Source of the DNA: a virus
Lineage: Duplodnaviria; Caudoviricetes
Direction: 5' to 3' (one strand)
Length of the DNA stretch: 50,823 bases
Virus record (IMG/VR): IMGVR_UViG_3300010005_000035
Location: 1 to 50,823 of that record
How positions within the stretch are numbered: position 1 is the first letter of the stretch; the number at the start of each line of letters is the position of its first letter. The position numbers were made by a program, and so were the translations under genes. The notes beneath the pieces are model-generated. The model searched no databases. It had not been told where the DNA came from and worked only from the letters and a program-made list of their open reading frames with translations. Positions 1 to 10,400 of this stretch are shown piece after piece.

Positions 1-990
1 ATGGCAGAGCTGGAAGCTGAACCAGATCCGCGCGACTGGCTGGTAGCGATCATCAACGGGTCGGACGATGCGATCATCAGCAAAGACCTCAACGGCATCA
101 TCCGAACTTGGAATCCGAGCGCAACCCGCCTGTTCGGCTATGGGCCTGAAGAAGTCGTCGGCAAGCCGATCACTATCGTCATCCCAGAGGATCGGCTTAA
201 CGAGGAGCCGGCGATATTGGCTGAGATCAGGCGTGGAAACAGAGTCGACCATTTCGAGACGCTCCGGCGCCGCAAGGACGGAAGCCTGATTGATCTCTCC
301 TTGACGATCTCCCCAATCCGCAATTCGAAAGGCGCCATCGTCGGCGCTTCAAAGATTGCGCGCGATATTACCGAGCGCCGTCTGGCACAGGAAAAGCAAC
401 GCCTCCTCTACGGCGAAATGCAGCACCGGGTGAAAAACCTGTTTGCGCTGACCGCTGGCATAGTTGGCCTGAGCGCCCGGTCAGGCGTCGACGCTCCGAC
501 GCTTGCGGCGAGCATTCACGAGCGCCTGGTTGCATTGGCAAGAGCACATGACTTGACGATGCCTGACTGGCAGGGCGACGCGTTTATCGGCCAGTCCACC
601 ACTCTGCAGGCTCTGGTGCGAGCAATCCTACAGCCATATGCAGGGCATCATGTGATCGATATCAGGGGAGACGACCAGCAGGTCGGCTCGCGCGCCCTGA
701 CCCACGTTGCTCTCTTGCTCCATGAGCTGGCGACGAACGCTGCGAAATATGGTTGCCTCGCAGTTGCTGCAGGCAGTTTGGACCTCGACGTGCGCATCAT
801 CGATGGCGACGCCATCCTGATCTGGACTGAGCAGTCTGGGAGTGCGGCCGCTCCGCCTGAGAATTTAGGCTTTGGCGCACGCCTTGAGAAAGCGATCCAG
901 ATTTCCCTTCAAGCCAAGATCGAAAGGGACTGGCGGCCGAAAGGCTTGCTTGTGCGGATTACAATCCCGCTGGACGTTCTCACACAGTGA
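1..990 (+). CDS. PAS-domain HWE-family sensor histidine kinase
   Basis: PAS/PAC (SDDAIISKDLNGIIRTWN...GASKIARDITER), H-box EMQHRVKN, N-box LHELATNAAKYG, WTE, GFG. Confidence 0.9.
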   Translation: MAELEAEPDPRDWLVAIINGSDDAIISKDLNGIIRTWNPSATRLFGYGPEEVVGKPITIVIPEDRLNEEPAILAEIRRGNRVDHFETLRRRKDGSLIDLSLTISPIRNSKGAIVGASKIARDITERRLAQEKQRLLYGEMQHRVKNLFALTAGIVGLSARSGVDAPTLAASIHERLVALARAHDLTMPDWQGDAFIGQSTTLQALVRAILQPYAGHHVIDIRGDDQQVGSRALTHVALLLHELATNAAKYGCLAVAAGSLDLDVRIIDGDAILIWTEQSGSAAAPPENLGFGARLEKAIQISLQAKIERDWRPKGLLVRITIPLDVLTQ

Positions 991-1052
991 GAGCTTGGAC
1001 GGCGATTGCTTGGGCAGCAAAGGTCCAACCCCACTAAGAGGGATTTGAATTC

Positions 1053-1625
1053 TCACTGCGGCCGGCGCGCCGCGATCTCTTTGATCAGCTGTTCGGCGGC
1101 CCGGAGCCGTTCATCATGCCGCGCCATCAGCGCGTCGAAGCTCTGGGCCTGGTCTATGAAGCGGGTGTTGGCGACGGCCTGCTGCTCGACCAAGCCGAGC
1201 TTGACGCGATCGGCAGCCTGCTCGCGCTGCATCGTCTGGATCGCGGTGTTGAGCGCGGTCTGCCCGTCGACCATCCCGCGCACCGTCAGTCCGAGCTGAG
1301 CGTTCGCAGCCTCAGCCGATTGCTTCGACGACCCGACCTGACTGGTCAGGTCCGACCGGACCGAGGCCGCCGAGACATTGATCAGGTACATCAGGCCGCC
1401 GAGCAGGACGGCCGTCATCGTCACCGTGGCGGCGAGTGTCGCGACCAACTGCGGAAAGGTCATCCTCGCATTGCGGTGCGCCTTGCGATCCTCCTCCGCC
1501 TTGTTCGACCACTCCTCGCGAAATTCGGCGAGGCTCCGGCCGATAGCGGTGACGTCATGCTTGACCAGGGCGAATTCAGCCTCGAGCTGGCCCAGCCTGC
1601 GTTCGGTGCTGCTCTCTGTCGTCAT
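1053..1625 (-). CDS. Lysis-cassette membrane protein (coiled coil-TM-coiled coil)
   Basis: One TM segment (LVATLAATVTMTAVLLGGLMYLI) flanked by heptad-rich helices; last gene of the late operon. Confidence 0.6.
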   Translation of the reverse strand: MTTESSTERRLGQLEAEFALVKHDVTAIGRSLAEFREEWSNKAEEDRKAHRNARMTFPQLVATLAATVTMTAVLLGGLMYLINVSAASVRSDLTSQVGSSKQSAEAANAQLGLTVRGMVDGQTALNTAIQTMQREQAADRVKLGLVEQQAVANTRFIDQAQSFDALMARHDERLRAAEQLIKEIAARRPQ

Positions 1626-1655
1626 CGGCTGAGGCTCCGGCGAGGGGCGGCGGCG

Positions 1656-2024
1656 CTACGGGGCCGGCGTCGGAGCGGCGAGCACCCCGAGCTTGGCCAC
1701 CAGCTTCTCCGCGATCTCGATCTCGGTCAGGCCGAAATGCGCGACGGCGTCAGGCACGGCCGAGCGCACATAGGCAACGCCGTCGGCGACTCCCGGGCTG
1801 GCGGGATCGAGCCGCATGGCGAGCGTGCCGGAGCCGATGCGGGCGACGAGCAGGCCCGCCGCATTGGTCAACGCCGCCTGCAGAGCGTCCCGACGGGAGG
1901 CTTCGACGTCGATTCCGGCCTTCTCCTTCAGCAGCTTGAGCGCATAGCCCAGGCCGGCGAGCAGCAGGATGGTGGCGATCTCGGTCAGGACCGGGCGCAA
2001 AGCGTCCAGCAACGTGTTGAGCAT
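1656..2024 (-). CDS. Putative holin
   Basis: 122 aa with N-terminal TM, directly downstream of the endolysin; GVAYVRSAVPDAVAHFGL resembles LL-H-like holins. Confidence 0.55.
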   Translation of the reverse strand: MLNTLLDALRPVLTEIATILLLAGLGYALKLLKEKAGIDVEASRRDALQAALTNAAGLLVARIGSGTLAMRLDPASPGVADGVAYVRSAVPDAVAHFGLTEIEIAEKLVAKLGVLAAPTPAP

Positions 2025-2077
2025 GATGAAGCTCCGATGTCAGAGGATCGGCGGCAGGCCCGGCCGCCTCGGGATCA

Positions 2078-2905
2078 TCAGATGCCGAGCGCTCGCCTAG
2101 CCTTGGCGAAGTAGGCCTCCGCCTCGTCGAGCCCGTTCCGCCCGCCATTGATGCGTTTGCGAACAGGTGCGACGGCGCCAGCGTCAGCGAGCCGATTGAT
2201 GTCGTGATCGGTCCAGAACTTCAGCGCAGCAGCAAGGCCCACGGCCGGCGTCCGCAAAAGTTCGGGGTGGTCCTCGAAGCCGGCATTGCGATAGTTCGCC
2301 CTGCCGGTGGTCTGCAGGATGCCGCCGCCGCGATAGCGCCAGCCGTCGCCCGCCTGGAAGTTGCCGAGATTCTTCCAGCCCCAGTCGCCGCCGTAGACGA
2401 TGTTGGCGATCTGCTCCTGCTGGGCCGCCCTGCCCGGCTTGCGGCCGAGCGCCTGACACTGAGCAATGCTAATCCGCTCACGACTGAACGTGTTCTTCAG
2501 CCCGTCGACGTCGTAGTTAAGGCTTTCCTCGAGCGCCCTCAGGCCGCCGGTCTCGGTTGCCGCCTGTGAGAGGAAATGCGCCATGCGCTGCTTCGTCACG
2601 ATGCCGGCGACAGCGAAGCGCGCGACCTCATCACAGAGCGCCTCGACGATATCTGCCCGCGCCTTCGGGCAGACGGCTTTGATGATTGCGGGCGTCAGGA
2701 TACCGGCACGATCCGGCGTGGTCTCGCGCTCGAGCATCTCGTGCAGCTTGGCGATCGTCAGCTTTCCGGCGACACCATCAGCCTTCAGCCCATGGCGCGC
2801 CTGGAAATCTTTGATTGCCGTTCTGGTCTTCGGCCCGATGTCACCGTCGACGGCGACCGAATAGCCGAGCGCGACCAGCGCGGCTTGCACCTCGTTGGGA
2901 ATCAT
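2078..2905 (-). CDS. Endolysin: peptidoglycan-binding domain plus GH19 lysozyme/chitinase domain
   Basis: VDGDIGPKT...FQARHGLKADGVAG; AHFLSQAATETGG, EESLNY, YRGGGILQTTGRANY, RINGGRNGL. Confidence 0.93.
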   Translation of the reverse strand: MIPNEVQAALVALGYSVAVDGDIGPKTRTAIKDFQARHGLKADGVAGKLTIAKLHEMLERETTPDRAGILTPAIIKAVCPKARADIVEALCDEVARFAVAGIVTKQRMAHFLSQAATETGGLRALEESLNYDVDGLKNTFSRERISIAQCQALGRKPGRAAQQEQIANIVYGGDWGWKNLGNFQAGDGWRYRGGGILQTTGRANYRNAGFEDHPELLRTPAVGLAAALKFWTDHDINRLADAGAVAPVRKRINGGRNGLDEAEAYFAKARRALGI

Positions 2906-2968
2906 CTGATTGCTCCGAGAATGAGAAGGCGCGGAATGGCGCGGCAGTCGACGTTGTGGGAGGCGTTA

Positions 2969-3247
2969 ATGCATGACGATGCGCAGATGGCGCGGCTGTT
3001 CGACGACGCAATTCTCAGGGCGATCCGGGCGGGCATCCTCGCCGGGGCTGTTGCCATACTCACGATGGCTCAGCAGCATTTCAGCTACCCCACCTGGAAA
3101 GTTTCGTTGGCAGCATTCCTGATAGCGTTGCCGCGCCGAAGCTTTCCGCTGATCGTCTATGTGCTCGCCTTCCTGTGCCTGCTCGCGCTGCTGCCACCGG
3201 CGGCGGTCGCTTCGCTCGCAGACTTCATCCTCAGACTGCGCGGTTGA
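2969..3247 (+). CDS. Small antisense multi-TM membrane protein (moron)
   Basis: GGGAGG RBS at 2958-2963, ATG 2969; 92 aa with about three hydrophobic segments; fills the gap between late genes. Confidence 0.55.
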   Translation: MHDDAQMARLFDDAILRAIRAGILAGAVAILTMAQQHFSYPTWKVSLAAFLIALPRRSFPLIVYVLAFLCLLALLPPAAVASLADFILRLRG

Positions 3248-3359
3248 TGGAAGCCAGCGCGATCAGCGCCCGCGGAAGAGCGGTCGTGCCCATGTTGATG
3301 CTCCGAGCATGGAAAAGACCGCGCGCGGCGGGCGGTTCGTCGAAACCTGAGGCGAACCG

Positions 3360-3803
3360 TCAGGCCGGCCAGGACATCGCCGGCAGTTCGGCCAGCAAGG
3401 CCGCGACGTTGGGCTGCTCGCGCTGGCCGGCCTCGACCTTGGCTAGCTCAGTGTAGGCGTAGGCCCAGACCGCATCGCGCCAGGCGACGAAGGCCTGCGC
3501 CTCGGCCGCCCATACGGGATTGGTCGAGGCGACCCAGGAGGTACAGGAGACGCCGCTGTCGTAGTCGCGCGAGCGCGCCGTCGCATCGACATGCGCCTGG
3601 ATCGCGCTGCGATAATCGCCAAGATGGAGCCGCTGCGGATCATGCGCAGCGATCACGGCGTCGAGCGCGTCGCGCTGAGGCGCAGTCAATAGCTCGCGGC
3701 CGATGACGACGCCGGCCGAGGTCCAGGAGATCGGCAGCCCGCCGAGGCCAGCCGCCTCGAGCTCCGCCGCGAAGTACTGCCCAATAGCTTTGCTCATCGC
3801 CAC
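3360..3803 (-). CDS. Tail-fibre-associated protein / assembly chaperone
   Basis: Follows the tail fibre; AIQAHVDATARSRDYDS...WAAEAQAFVAWRDAVW...ELPAMSWP is typical of post-fibre proteins. Confidence 0.65.
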   Translation of the reverse strand: MAMSKAIGQYFAAELEAAGLGGLPISWTSAGVVIGRELLTAPQRDALDAVIAAHDPQRLHLGDYRSAIQAHVDATARSRDYDSGVSCTSWVASTNPVWAAEAQAFVAWRDAVWAYAYTELAKVEAGQREQPNVAALLAELPAMSWPA

Positions 3804-3804
3804 C

Positions 3805-5271
3805 TCACTTCACCCGCATGATCTTGTTGACGATCGCAGTCGGCTGCATGCGGGAATGGGCTTGATTGGAGCCGAAGGGCGTGCCGCTGAAGCTCGAGCT
3901 CGCCGAGCCTGAGAAGATGGCAGTGATGCCGGTCAGCGACGTCGATGTGTTGTTGTTGGACGCCAGCGGCGAAGTCGAATTCTGCGGGCTGGAGTTCACG
4001 GCAGTGTTCGACCCTGACGCATTGACGCCGTGCGCGTGTCCAGGATCAATGATTGTCACCGAACCCGATACGCTGGTCGAGACCGAGCCGGTCGGCGTCA
4101 CCGTCGGCAACTGCGCGATCGTCAGCGTGCCGGTCTCGGCGCCGGTGCTTGCGCCAAGCGCTGTGCCGGCGACACCGGTCGCTGTGGTAATCCGACCAGC
4201 AGCGGTTCCGCCCATATTGTCGCGGCCTGCCGCGATGCGGCCCCGGAGATCGGGCACGCGAATCTCGGTAGACGGATTCGAGCATGGTGTTGCGGGATAG
4301 ACCGTGACGTCGCTTGAACCCGAGGACACCGCCTGCTGCGAGAGCGTGATCGTTGACGAGGTCAGCGTGAGGACGGTCGAGCCGGGGAAGATTCCGGTGC
4401 CCTCGACCTGCATGCCGGCGCCGAACATGGTGGTGTCGGACAGGCCGGTGATCGTGGCATTGCCGGAAACCCGGGTGGCGGATTGGACCTTGCCGAGCGC
4501 GGGAGCCAGCAGCGGCACGTTGGATCGGGTCAGACACTGACCGGCGGCGAACTCGTAATTGCTGTCCGGCACGTTGAAGCCGGCATAATCGAGCACCGTG
4601 CCGACGGGCACCGCCTGGTTTGCGACCGGCAGGCCAGTGGTGCGCGAGTAACTCCAGATTGACCAATTGCCGCCGCCGAGATTGATGGCGATAGCTTGGT
4701 CGCCAGAAGCGGTCGCTATGTCTGCTCCGCTCGGGAGGATCAGGCTAGTTGCGTTGTGAGTCAGCGTCAGCGCGCCGGAGAAGCGGATAAACTTGGCGGT
4801 GCCGATCACGGCGCTGGAACCAAGGCTAGTGATAGTCGTGGTGCCGCTGATCGTGATTGCGGACGCGGCCGATGCACCCAGGTCAACCGTCGCCGCGCTC
4901 GCCATTGTCGCGGCGCCGCCGCCGATCGGAGGCGCCCAGACATGGTTCGTCAGATCGACTGAGCCCACCGCAAGCCAGGCTGTGCCGTCATAGTGCTTCA
5001 GGACGTTTGGCGACGCTGACGTGTCGAGCCACCACTGGCCCTTTACGGCGACGCCGGCACAGCCGGTCGCCGGCACGGTCGCACCAGAATTGGAGGAGAT
5101 GACCGCGGCGAAGCCAAGGTTGACCGCCTGAGCGAAGGCGAGGCCGGAGACCGTACCGGTGGTCGGCATGCAGGCCGAGCCCTGGTCGGCGCGGGCGGGT
5201 GGCTGAGGACCGAGCGACAGCGCGAGCGCGAGCGCCAGCGCCAGCGCCATCCGGGCGAGGATGGTGCGCAT
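3805..5271 (-). CDS. Tail fibre 2 with tail-collar domain and N-terminal signal peptide
   Basis: Collar motifs VPVGTVLDYAG, VPDLRGRIAAGRDNMGG, AHSRMQPTAIVNKIMRVK; leader MRTILARMALALALALALSLGPQPPARA. Confidence 0.85.
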   Translation of the reverse strand: MRTILARMALALALALALSLGPQPPARADQGSACMPTTGTVSGLAFAQAVNLGFAAVISSNSGATVPATGCAGVAVKGQWWLDTSASPNVLKHYDGTAWLAVGSVDLTNHVWAPPIGGGAATMASAATVDLGASAASAITISGTTTITSLGSSAVIGTAKFIRFSGALTLTHNATSLILPSGADIATASGDQAIAINLGGGNWSIWSYSRTTGLPVANQAVPVGTVLDYAGFNVPDSNYEFAAGQCLTRSNVPLLAPALGKVQSATRVSGNATITGLSDTTMFGAGMQVEGTGIFPGSTVLTLTSSTITLSQQAVSSGSSDVTVYPATPCSNPSTEIRVPDLRGRIAAGRDNMGGTAAGRITTATGVAGTALGASTGAETGTLTIAQLPTVTPTGSVSTSVSGSVTIIDPGHAHGVNASGSNTAVNSSPQNSTSPLASNNNTSTSLTGITAIFSGSASSSFSGTPFGSNQAHSRMQPTAIVNKIMRVK

Positions 5272-5293
5272 CTGATGGGTTCCTTTCAGGTGG

Positions 5294-7462
5294 TCAGGAC
5301 TGAATTTCGCGGATCACCGCGTTGGCCGTGCCGGTGGTCGCGGTACCGCCGCCGATCCGGGAATGTCGGAATTTGTATGTCGTCGCAGATGTCGTATTCG
5401 GCTGGTCGATCCCGCCGAAGGCGACATACCCTTCCGTCTGCATGTTGGTTCCTGCACCGCTGACAACGGCGATGGTACCGGCCTGAAGCTGAGTCGAGGC
5501 TCGGATGAATTCGCCGGAATAGTAGCTGTTGATGCCGGCGCCACCGGCCGTGATGGTGCCGCGCGCTGTTGCCATGTACTCGATTATGTTGGCCGCCGAA
5601 GTCGGAGTGATCGTCACGGCGCCACCGGTGACGTCGACCATACTCGCGCTTGTCGTCGAGGAGCCGCCACCCGTAACCGATGCGACCTGAATTGTGGTCC
5701 CTGGCAGCGCCAGGCCCGGCCGAAAAATCTCGACGCGCGTCGGCGCGGCATCCCATGTCCCTGCTGTCGTCAGCCCGGAAGCCCATTCGAGATAGCCAAG
5801 AACGGTGTAGGGCTTGGCCGAGACCGAAGCGGCGCAGTAGAAGGTCTGAGCGCTGTCGGCGGCGCCGGCGCCGCCCTCCGCCGTCGCTCCGGCGATCGCG
5901 AACTGCTGCAGCGGGAAGACGGCGCCTCCCGAACGGGCATTTATCGCGCAGATCCGCACTGTTCCCGCGTCGTCGAAGCCGACGACCCAGAGCCGGAACG
6001 GCGTGGCATTGCTGGCGCCCGCGGTTGAGCCGGAGGAAATGACCAAGCTGAGGGCGCTGTTGACTGCCCGCTGCGCGAGCGAGCCGTCGCCGGCCGTAGC
6101 CGAGCGGAAGGGAATCGAGACGATCGAGCTGCCGCTCGGCGCCGCGCCGGCGGCATCGGTGAGGTTGATCGTCAGCGCGTTCAACGCGACCGAAGCCGAC
6201 AGGCCCGCATTGGTCAGAATTCCGACCGGCGCCGAGCTCGATGAGCCGCTCGATGCGGCCGTGACCCGCCCCTGAGCGTCGACCGTGACTGTCGCGAAAT
6301 TGTAGGTGGCGGCCGCGACGCCGGTGTTGGTGAGTGCGAGCGTGCGATCTGCGGTGAGGTCGCCGCCGCCGGTCAGGCCGGTTCCGGCGGTGATCGTCCG
6401 CGCACTGGCGGCAGCCCCGAGCGTGCCACGCGCCGCGGCGGCATCGGCATCATCCAGGAGCGTGCGGGCAAAGGCCGAGAAGTCCGCCAGCGCAGCAGTG
6501 CCGGTACCGGTGAAGTAGGGCAGCTTGTTCGCGGCCGAGGTCAGGCCGGCCAGCGCCGCGAGCTCGGCATCATAAGCCTGGACGTCGCTACCGATCGCCA
6601 GACCGAGTGCGTTGCGGGCGCCGGAGGCTGTAGAGGCATTGGTGCCGCCGGAAGCGATGCCGATCGGCGTCGAGGCGGAGATCGTTGTGAAAGCACCGGC
6701 CGCCGGCGTCGTGCCGCCGATCGGCGTATTGTTGATCGTGCCGCCAACAATCGTCGCCGTGTTGATCGCCGGCGAGGTCAGCGTCTTGTTGGTGAGGGTG
6801 TCCGTCGTCGCGCGGCCGACCAGCGTGTCGGTGGACGTCGGAAGGGTCAGGGTGCCGGTGTTCGAGATCTGCGCGATGATCGGCAGCGAAAAGGTGCCGC
6901 CCGTCACAGTCTTGCCGGTGAAGGTCAGCGCCGGCGGTAGCGAGACGGTTGGATTGCCGCTGGCGCCATCGCCGTTCGTTACCGTGATCTCATTGGCGGT
7001 GCCCGTCAGCGTGCGGAACTGGAAGCTGCCGGCACCGCTGCGGACGATCAGCCCAGTCGCACTCCAGCCACTGATGGCGTCGACGCAGGCGCCGGCCGCC
7101 GCGTTGCAGCCGGTACCGCCAGCCGAGACCGGGATCGTCAAGGCGTGCGTCGCGGTGTTGAGCGTCGCCAGCACCACCCATTGCGTGCCGTCCCAGATCT
7201 TCCAGCTGCGCGGCTGGCCAGAGGTGTCCATCCACTCCTGGAAGGTGAAGGGCGAGCCGCCGGCGGCGTTTGTTGGCGCGCCCGTGCCTGCGTTCTTCGC
7301 ACCCGTCGCCAAGATCGCAGCGTTGATCTGGCTGGCGACTCCCGTCGGGCCGCCAAACTGGTTCGGCCCGGAAAGTGGGATGTTGAGCGTGGCCTGTTGG
7401 GCGAGCGCAGGCAGCGCGCAGGCAAGCGCGAGCGCGCCGATCGAGCGACGGATGAGCTTCAT
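5294..7462 (-). CDS. Tail fibre 1 with N-terminal signal peptide
   Basis: Gly/Thr/Ala-rich; fibre motifs [12 protein letters not shown] and [27 protein letters not shown]; start reassigned to ATG 7462 (AGGA RBS, no overlap with J). Confidence 0.85.
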   Translation of the reverse strand: MKLIRRSIGALALACALPALAQQATLNIPLSGPNQFGGPTGVASQINAAILATGAKNAGTGAPTNAAGGSPFTFQEWMDTSGQPRSWKIWDGTQWVVLATLNTATHALTIPVSAGGTGCNAAAGACVDAISGWSATGLIVRSGAGSFQFRTLTGTANEITVTNGDGASGNPTVSLPPALTFTGKTVTGGTFSLPIIAQISNTGTLTLPTSTDTLVGRATTDTLTNKTLTSPAINTATIVGGTINNTPIGGTTPAAGAFTTISASTPIGIASGGTNASTASGARNALGLAIGSDVQAYDAELAALAGLTSAANKLPYFTGTGTAALADFSAFARTLLDDADAAAARGTLGAAASARTITAGTGLTGGGDLTADRTLALTNTGVAAATYNFATVTVDAQGRVTAASSGSSSSAPVGILTNAGLSASVALNALTINLTDAAGAAPSGSSIVSIPFRSATAGDGSLAQRAVNSALSLVISSGSTAGASNATPFRLWVVGFDDAGTVRICAINARSGGAVFPLQQFAIAGATAEGGAGAADSAQTFYCAASVSAKPYTVLGYLEWASGLTTAGTWDAAPTRVEIFRPGLALPGTTIQVASVTGGGSSTTSASMVDVTGGAVTITPTSAANIIEYMATARGTITAGGAGINSYYSGEFIRASTQLQAGTIAVVSGAGTNMQTEGYVAFGGIDQPNTTSATTYKFRHSRIGGGTATTGTANAVIREIQS

Positions 7463-7484
7463 GACGATGTCCTGGTGGACGGGC

Positions 7485-10400
7485 TCAGTAGCCCTGGATG
7501 TCGAGATTGACCTTGCGGGCGACGGCAACGCCGCCCGACTTGATCTTCAGCGTGCAGCCGGCCTTGGTTTCCGACGTGATTTCCGGAACGCCGTCACCGC
7601 CATCCAGAATGGTGACGTTGACGTAAGGCGTAGCCGAGTCGTTGGGGCCGCCATTGAACGGGGCATCCTCGCTGGCGCCGTCCGGCCGATGCACGATCGC
7701 GAGCCCCGCCGACCCAATGTTGAGCCCAAGCCGGTGGTCGATCCTATCGGGCACGTCGATCCTGAATTTGAACTGCTGCACGATCGCGATCGCGCGCGGA
7801 TCAAGCGTTGTCAGGATTAGCCGGAACTTGAAATGCCGCGCCCGATAGGAGCCCGGCGTAAAGCGCTGCCATGGCTCCCATTGGATGTTCTGCAGATAGA
7901 CGTCGTCGGTCTGGTAGACGTTATCCGGAGCGTAGATGTCTAGCGGATCATTGAAACCAAGCGCGATCTCCGCGAAGATCTCCACCTTGCGCGCGGCCTC
8001 CGCGGTGAAGATGTCCGGGTTCCCAAGAAAGTCGGGATCCGCCAGAATATTCTGGTCCGACCAGATCGCCGTGGTGGTGAGCTCGATTGTGACGGCGCAG
8101 GCCGCCTCGCGCCCGATATCGACGAAGTGCGCGCCCGGGATCTCGTAGGCGCCACTGCCTCCGCCGCCGTAATCAAGGATTGATGGCTCTGCCAGGAAGT
8201 CCGGGATCTCGAGCATGTTGCCGGCGCCGCCAGTGCGCAGATCCGAGCCCGAGACCGCGACTGTGCCGAAGGTCTTGCCAGACCAGCCAGTCGCCTTCTC
8301 GTCGTACTCAGCAACGACATTGCGGACCAAGGTCGCGCCGGTGATCGTGATGGCCTGCGGCTCAGCGGAATAGACCGTAAGCCCGGTGACGGGCTTTGCC
8401 ACGGCTGCGATCCAGTAGGTATCATTGCCGAGCGTGGCGAAGGGCGGGTGTGCCACAGTCTCGACCAAAAGCGCGCCCTCCCAGGTCACGCCCTTGCGGA
8501 TCTCGTACATGATGCCGCCGCGCCAGTCCTGGACTTCATCCCATGCGAGATTGCGCACGCCGTCGACAAAGACTGATCGCAGACGCCGGATGTTCGGCAG
8601 CGGGTTTTTGAGCAGGTTGCCCGTGACCGCGCTTGCCGGAAGTGTTGACCAGCTGGAGGTGGTGCCGTCTTCGAAGATCGCACGGACCCTGAAGCCGTAA
8701 TTGCCGAGCAGCAGGCCGTCGATGTCGACCCATTGCTGCGGCGCAAGGACGGTTTGGGTGCCCGTCCAGCCGGCTGCCCCAACACCGCCAGCCTGCTCGT
8801 CGCGCCACTGCGCCTCGAATCCGCGAACTTTGCCAAGCCGCGGCGCTTGCCATTCCATCCGGACGACGACGGTCGTCGCGCCGGAACCGGCCTGCAAAAT
8901 CTGCTCCTTTACCGTGAGGTTGCGTGGTGGCAGCAGGAACGGATCGGCTGGCTCGGATATCTTCGAATCGAACGGCGGGATTGGGCCGGTGTCCGAGTGC
9001 TGCAGTTCTGGCGCGTCATCGACCAGGGTTAGGCGCGCCCGCAATTCGTCCTGGTGCGCGATCTCGAAGACGCGGCAGACGATCGACTCCCGCTCGGCCT
9101 CGCCGAACATGAAGAGGTCGCCAGGCGCCGGCAGGTCGCCATCACCCGCGATCTGCACTAGATTGCTCTCGCCTTCAACCGTGACGACCTCGCGGATCAC
9201 GCTGGCCCCATCCGCGAGGCGGAATCGAATCTGATAGGTCTTGCCGGCCTCCTGAGTGATCTGTTCATCAAGCGTCACGGTGCCTATACCGAGCGCCCGG
9301 ACCCGGCCGGTAAAGAGCCCGACTTTGATGACGTCGTGTGCCAGGCGAACACGATCGCCGCGGGTGCAACGAATGTTCTCCCAGTCGACAAGGATCGAGT
9401 ATTTCTCGGGCCGTAGCCGCGCCTGCGCGATGTGGTACCGACCGTACTTCCAGTTCAAAGCCTCACTGGTCAGCCCGTCTGTTTCCAGCGACTCGAAGAG
9501 AGTAGCGTTGCCGGCGTCATAGCCGTCGTCGTAGATGATCCGCTCGTCAGACGCCCAACCCTTCGCTTCATTCAAGAATTTCAAGCGCAGACCATGTGGG
9601 GGTCGCGAATACACTCTGCTTGCCGAGAAATTGGAAGAATTGCGCGGCGTAAAGTGCTGCACAACTGGGGCGTCAAAACGATCCCAGATCACGCTCCATT
9701 TGCCGTCGCGGAACGTCGGCACCGCCCGACCGGCAGCAGAGATCAGCGAGAGGCGCTCATAGACAGAGGTAGGCTCCTCGACAACGACGTCATAGGTGAA
9801 GCCGTTCTGGTTGCAGTACCACCACCAATTTTCGAGCGTCTCGGCATCGATCAGGTCGCTGTGCACGACTAGCGCGTTCGCCGGAGATTGCAGCACCAGA
9901 CGAAACAGGTCGGCGGGATTGCGCGAGGCAGCGTAGGTGACATAGCCGGAGCCGGTGAAGGCCGTGCACATCGACTCGGCAACGCAGTTGAAGGTGTCGA
10001 TCACGGACGAAAGCTGGTCGGTCGCCTTGATGCGCATCGCGATCAGCGCGAGCGGCTTTGGCGGAATTACAGGCACGATGTTTCTCATCGAGCGCAGCGT
10101 CGTCCAGACCACCTCATTGACGTAGTTCGGATCGGTGTAGTCCGGCGTGATCTTTACCAGCATAATTTCGTAGCGTCCCCGTGGCACGCGGACCGTCGAG
10201 CCGACGCGGGCCTGGCCGAGTTCGCGCCAGAATGCGAGCTGGCCGGTCAGGACGAAGGACCCAGACTTCTCGTGTCGGAAGAACACGTTGACGAGCACTT
10301 CGAGTCCGTTGCGCTCGCCCGTCGTGGTATCCAGCCTGAAGATGCCTTGCGGCGCCGCCATCTCGACGGTGAATTCGTCGATCTCGGGATCCGTAAAGCG

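Noticed and set aside
1-400. LOV photoreceptor identity for the PAS domain
   Set aside because: Lacks the GxNCRFLQ flavin-binding motif
991-1052. att site
   Set aside because: No matching direct repeat found at the integrase end; the window stops at the int stop codon
5221-5248. Hexamer repeat encoding (AL)n as a phase-variation tract
   Set aside because: Imperfect and in-frame; explained by the hydrophobic h-region
7400-7462. ALAC in the fibre 1 leader as a lipobox
   Set aside because: The -3 residue is Ala and -2 is Leu, a poor fit; an ALA signal peptidase I site follows
7463-7528. 22-aa upstream extension of tail fibre 1 in the ORF track
   Set aside because: Overlaps the J gene and lacks an RBS; ATG 7462 has an AGGA SD and exposes the signal peptide
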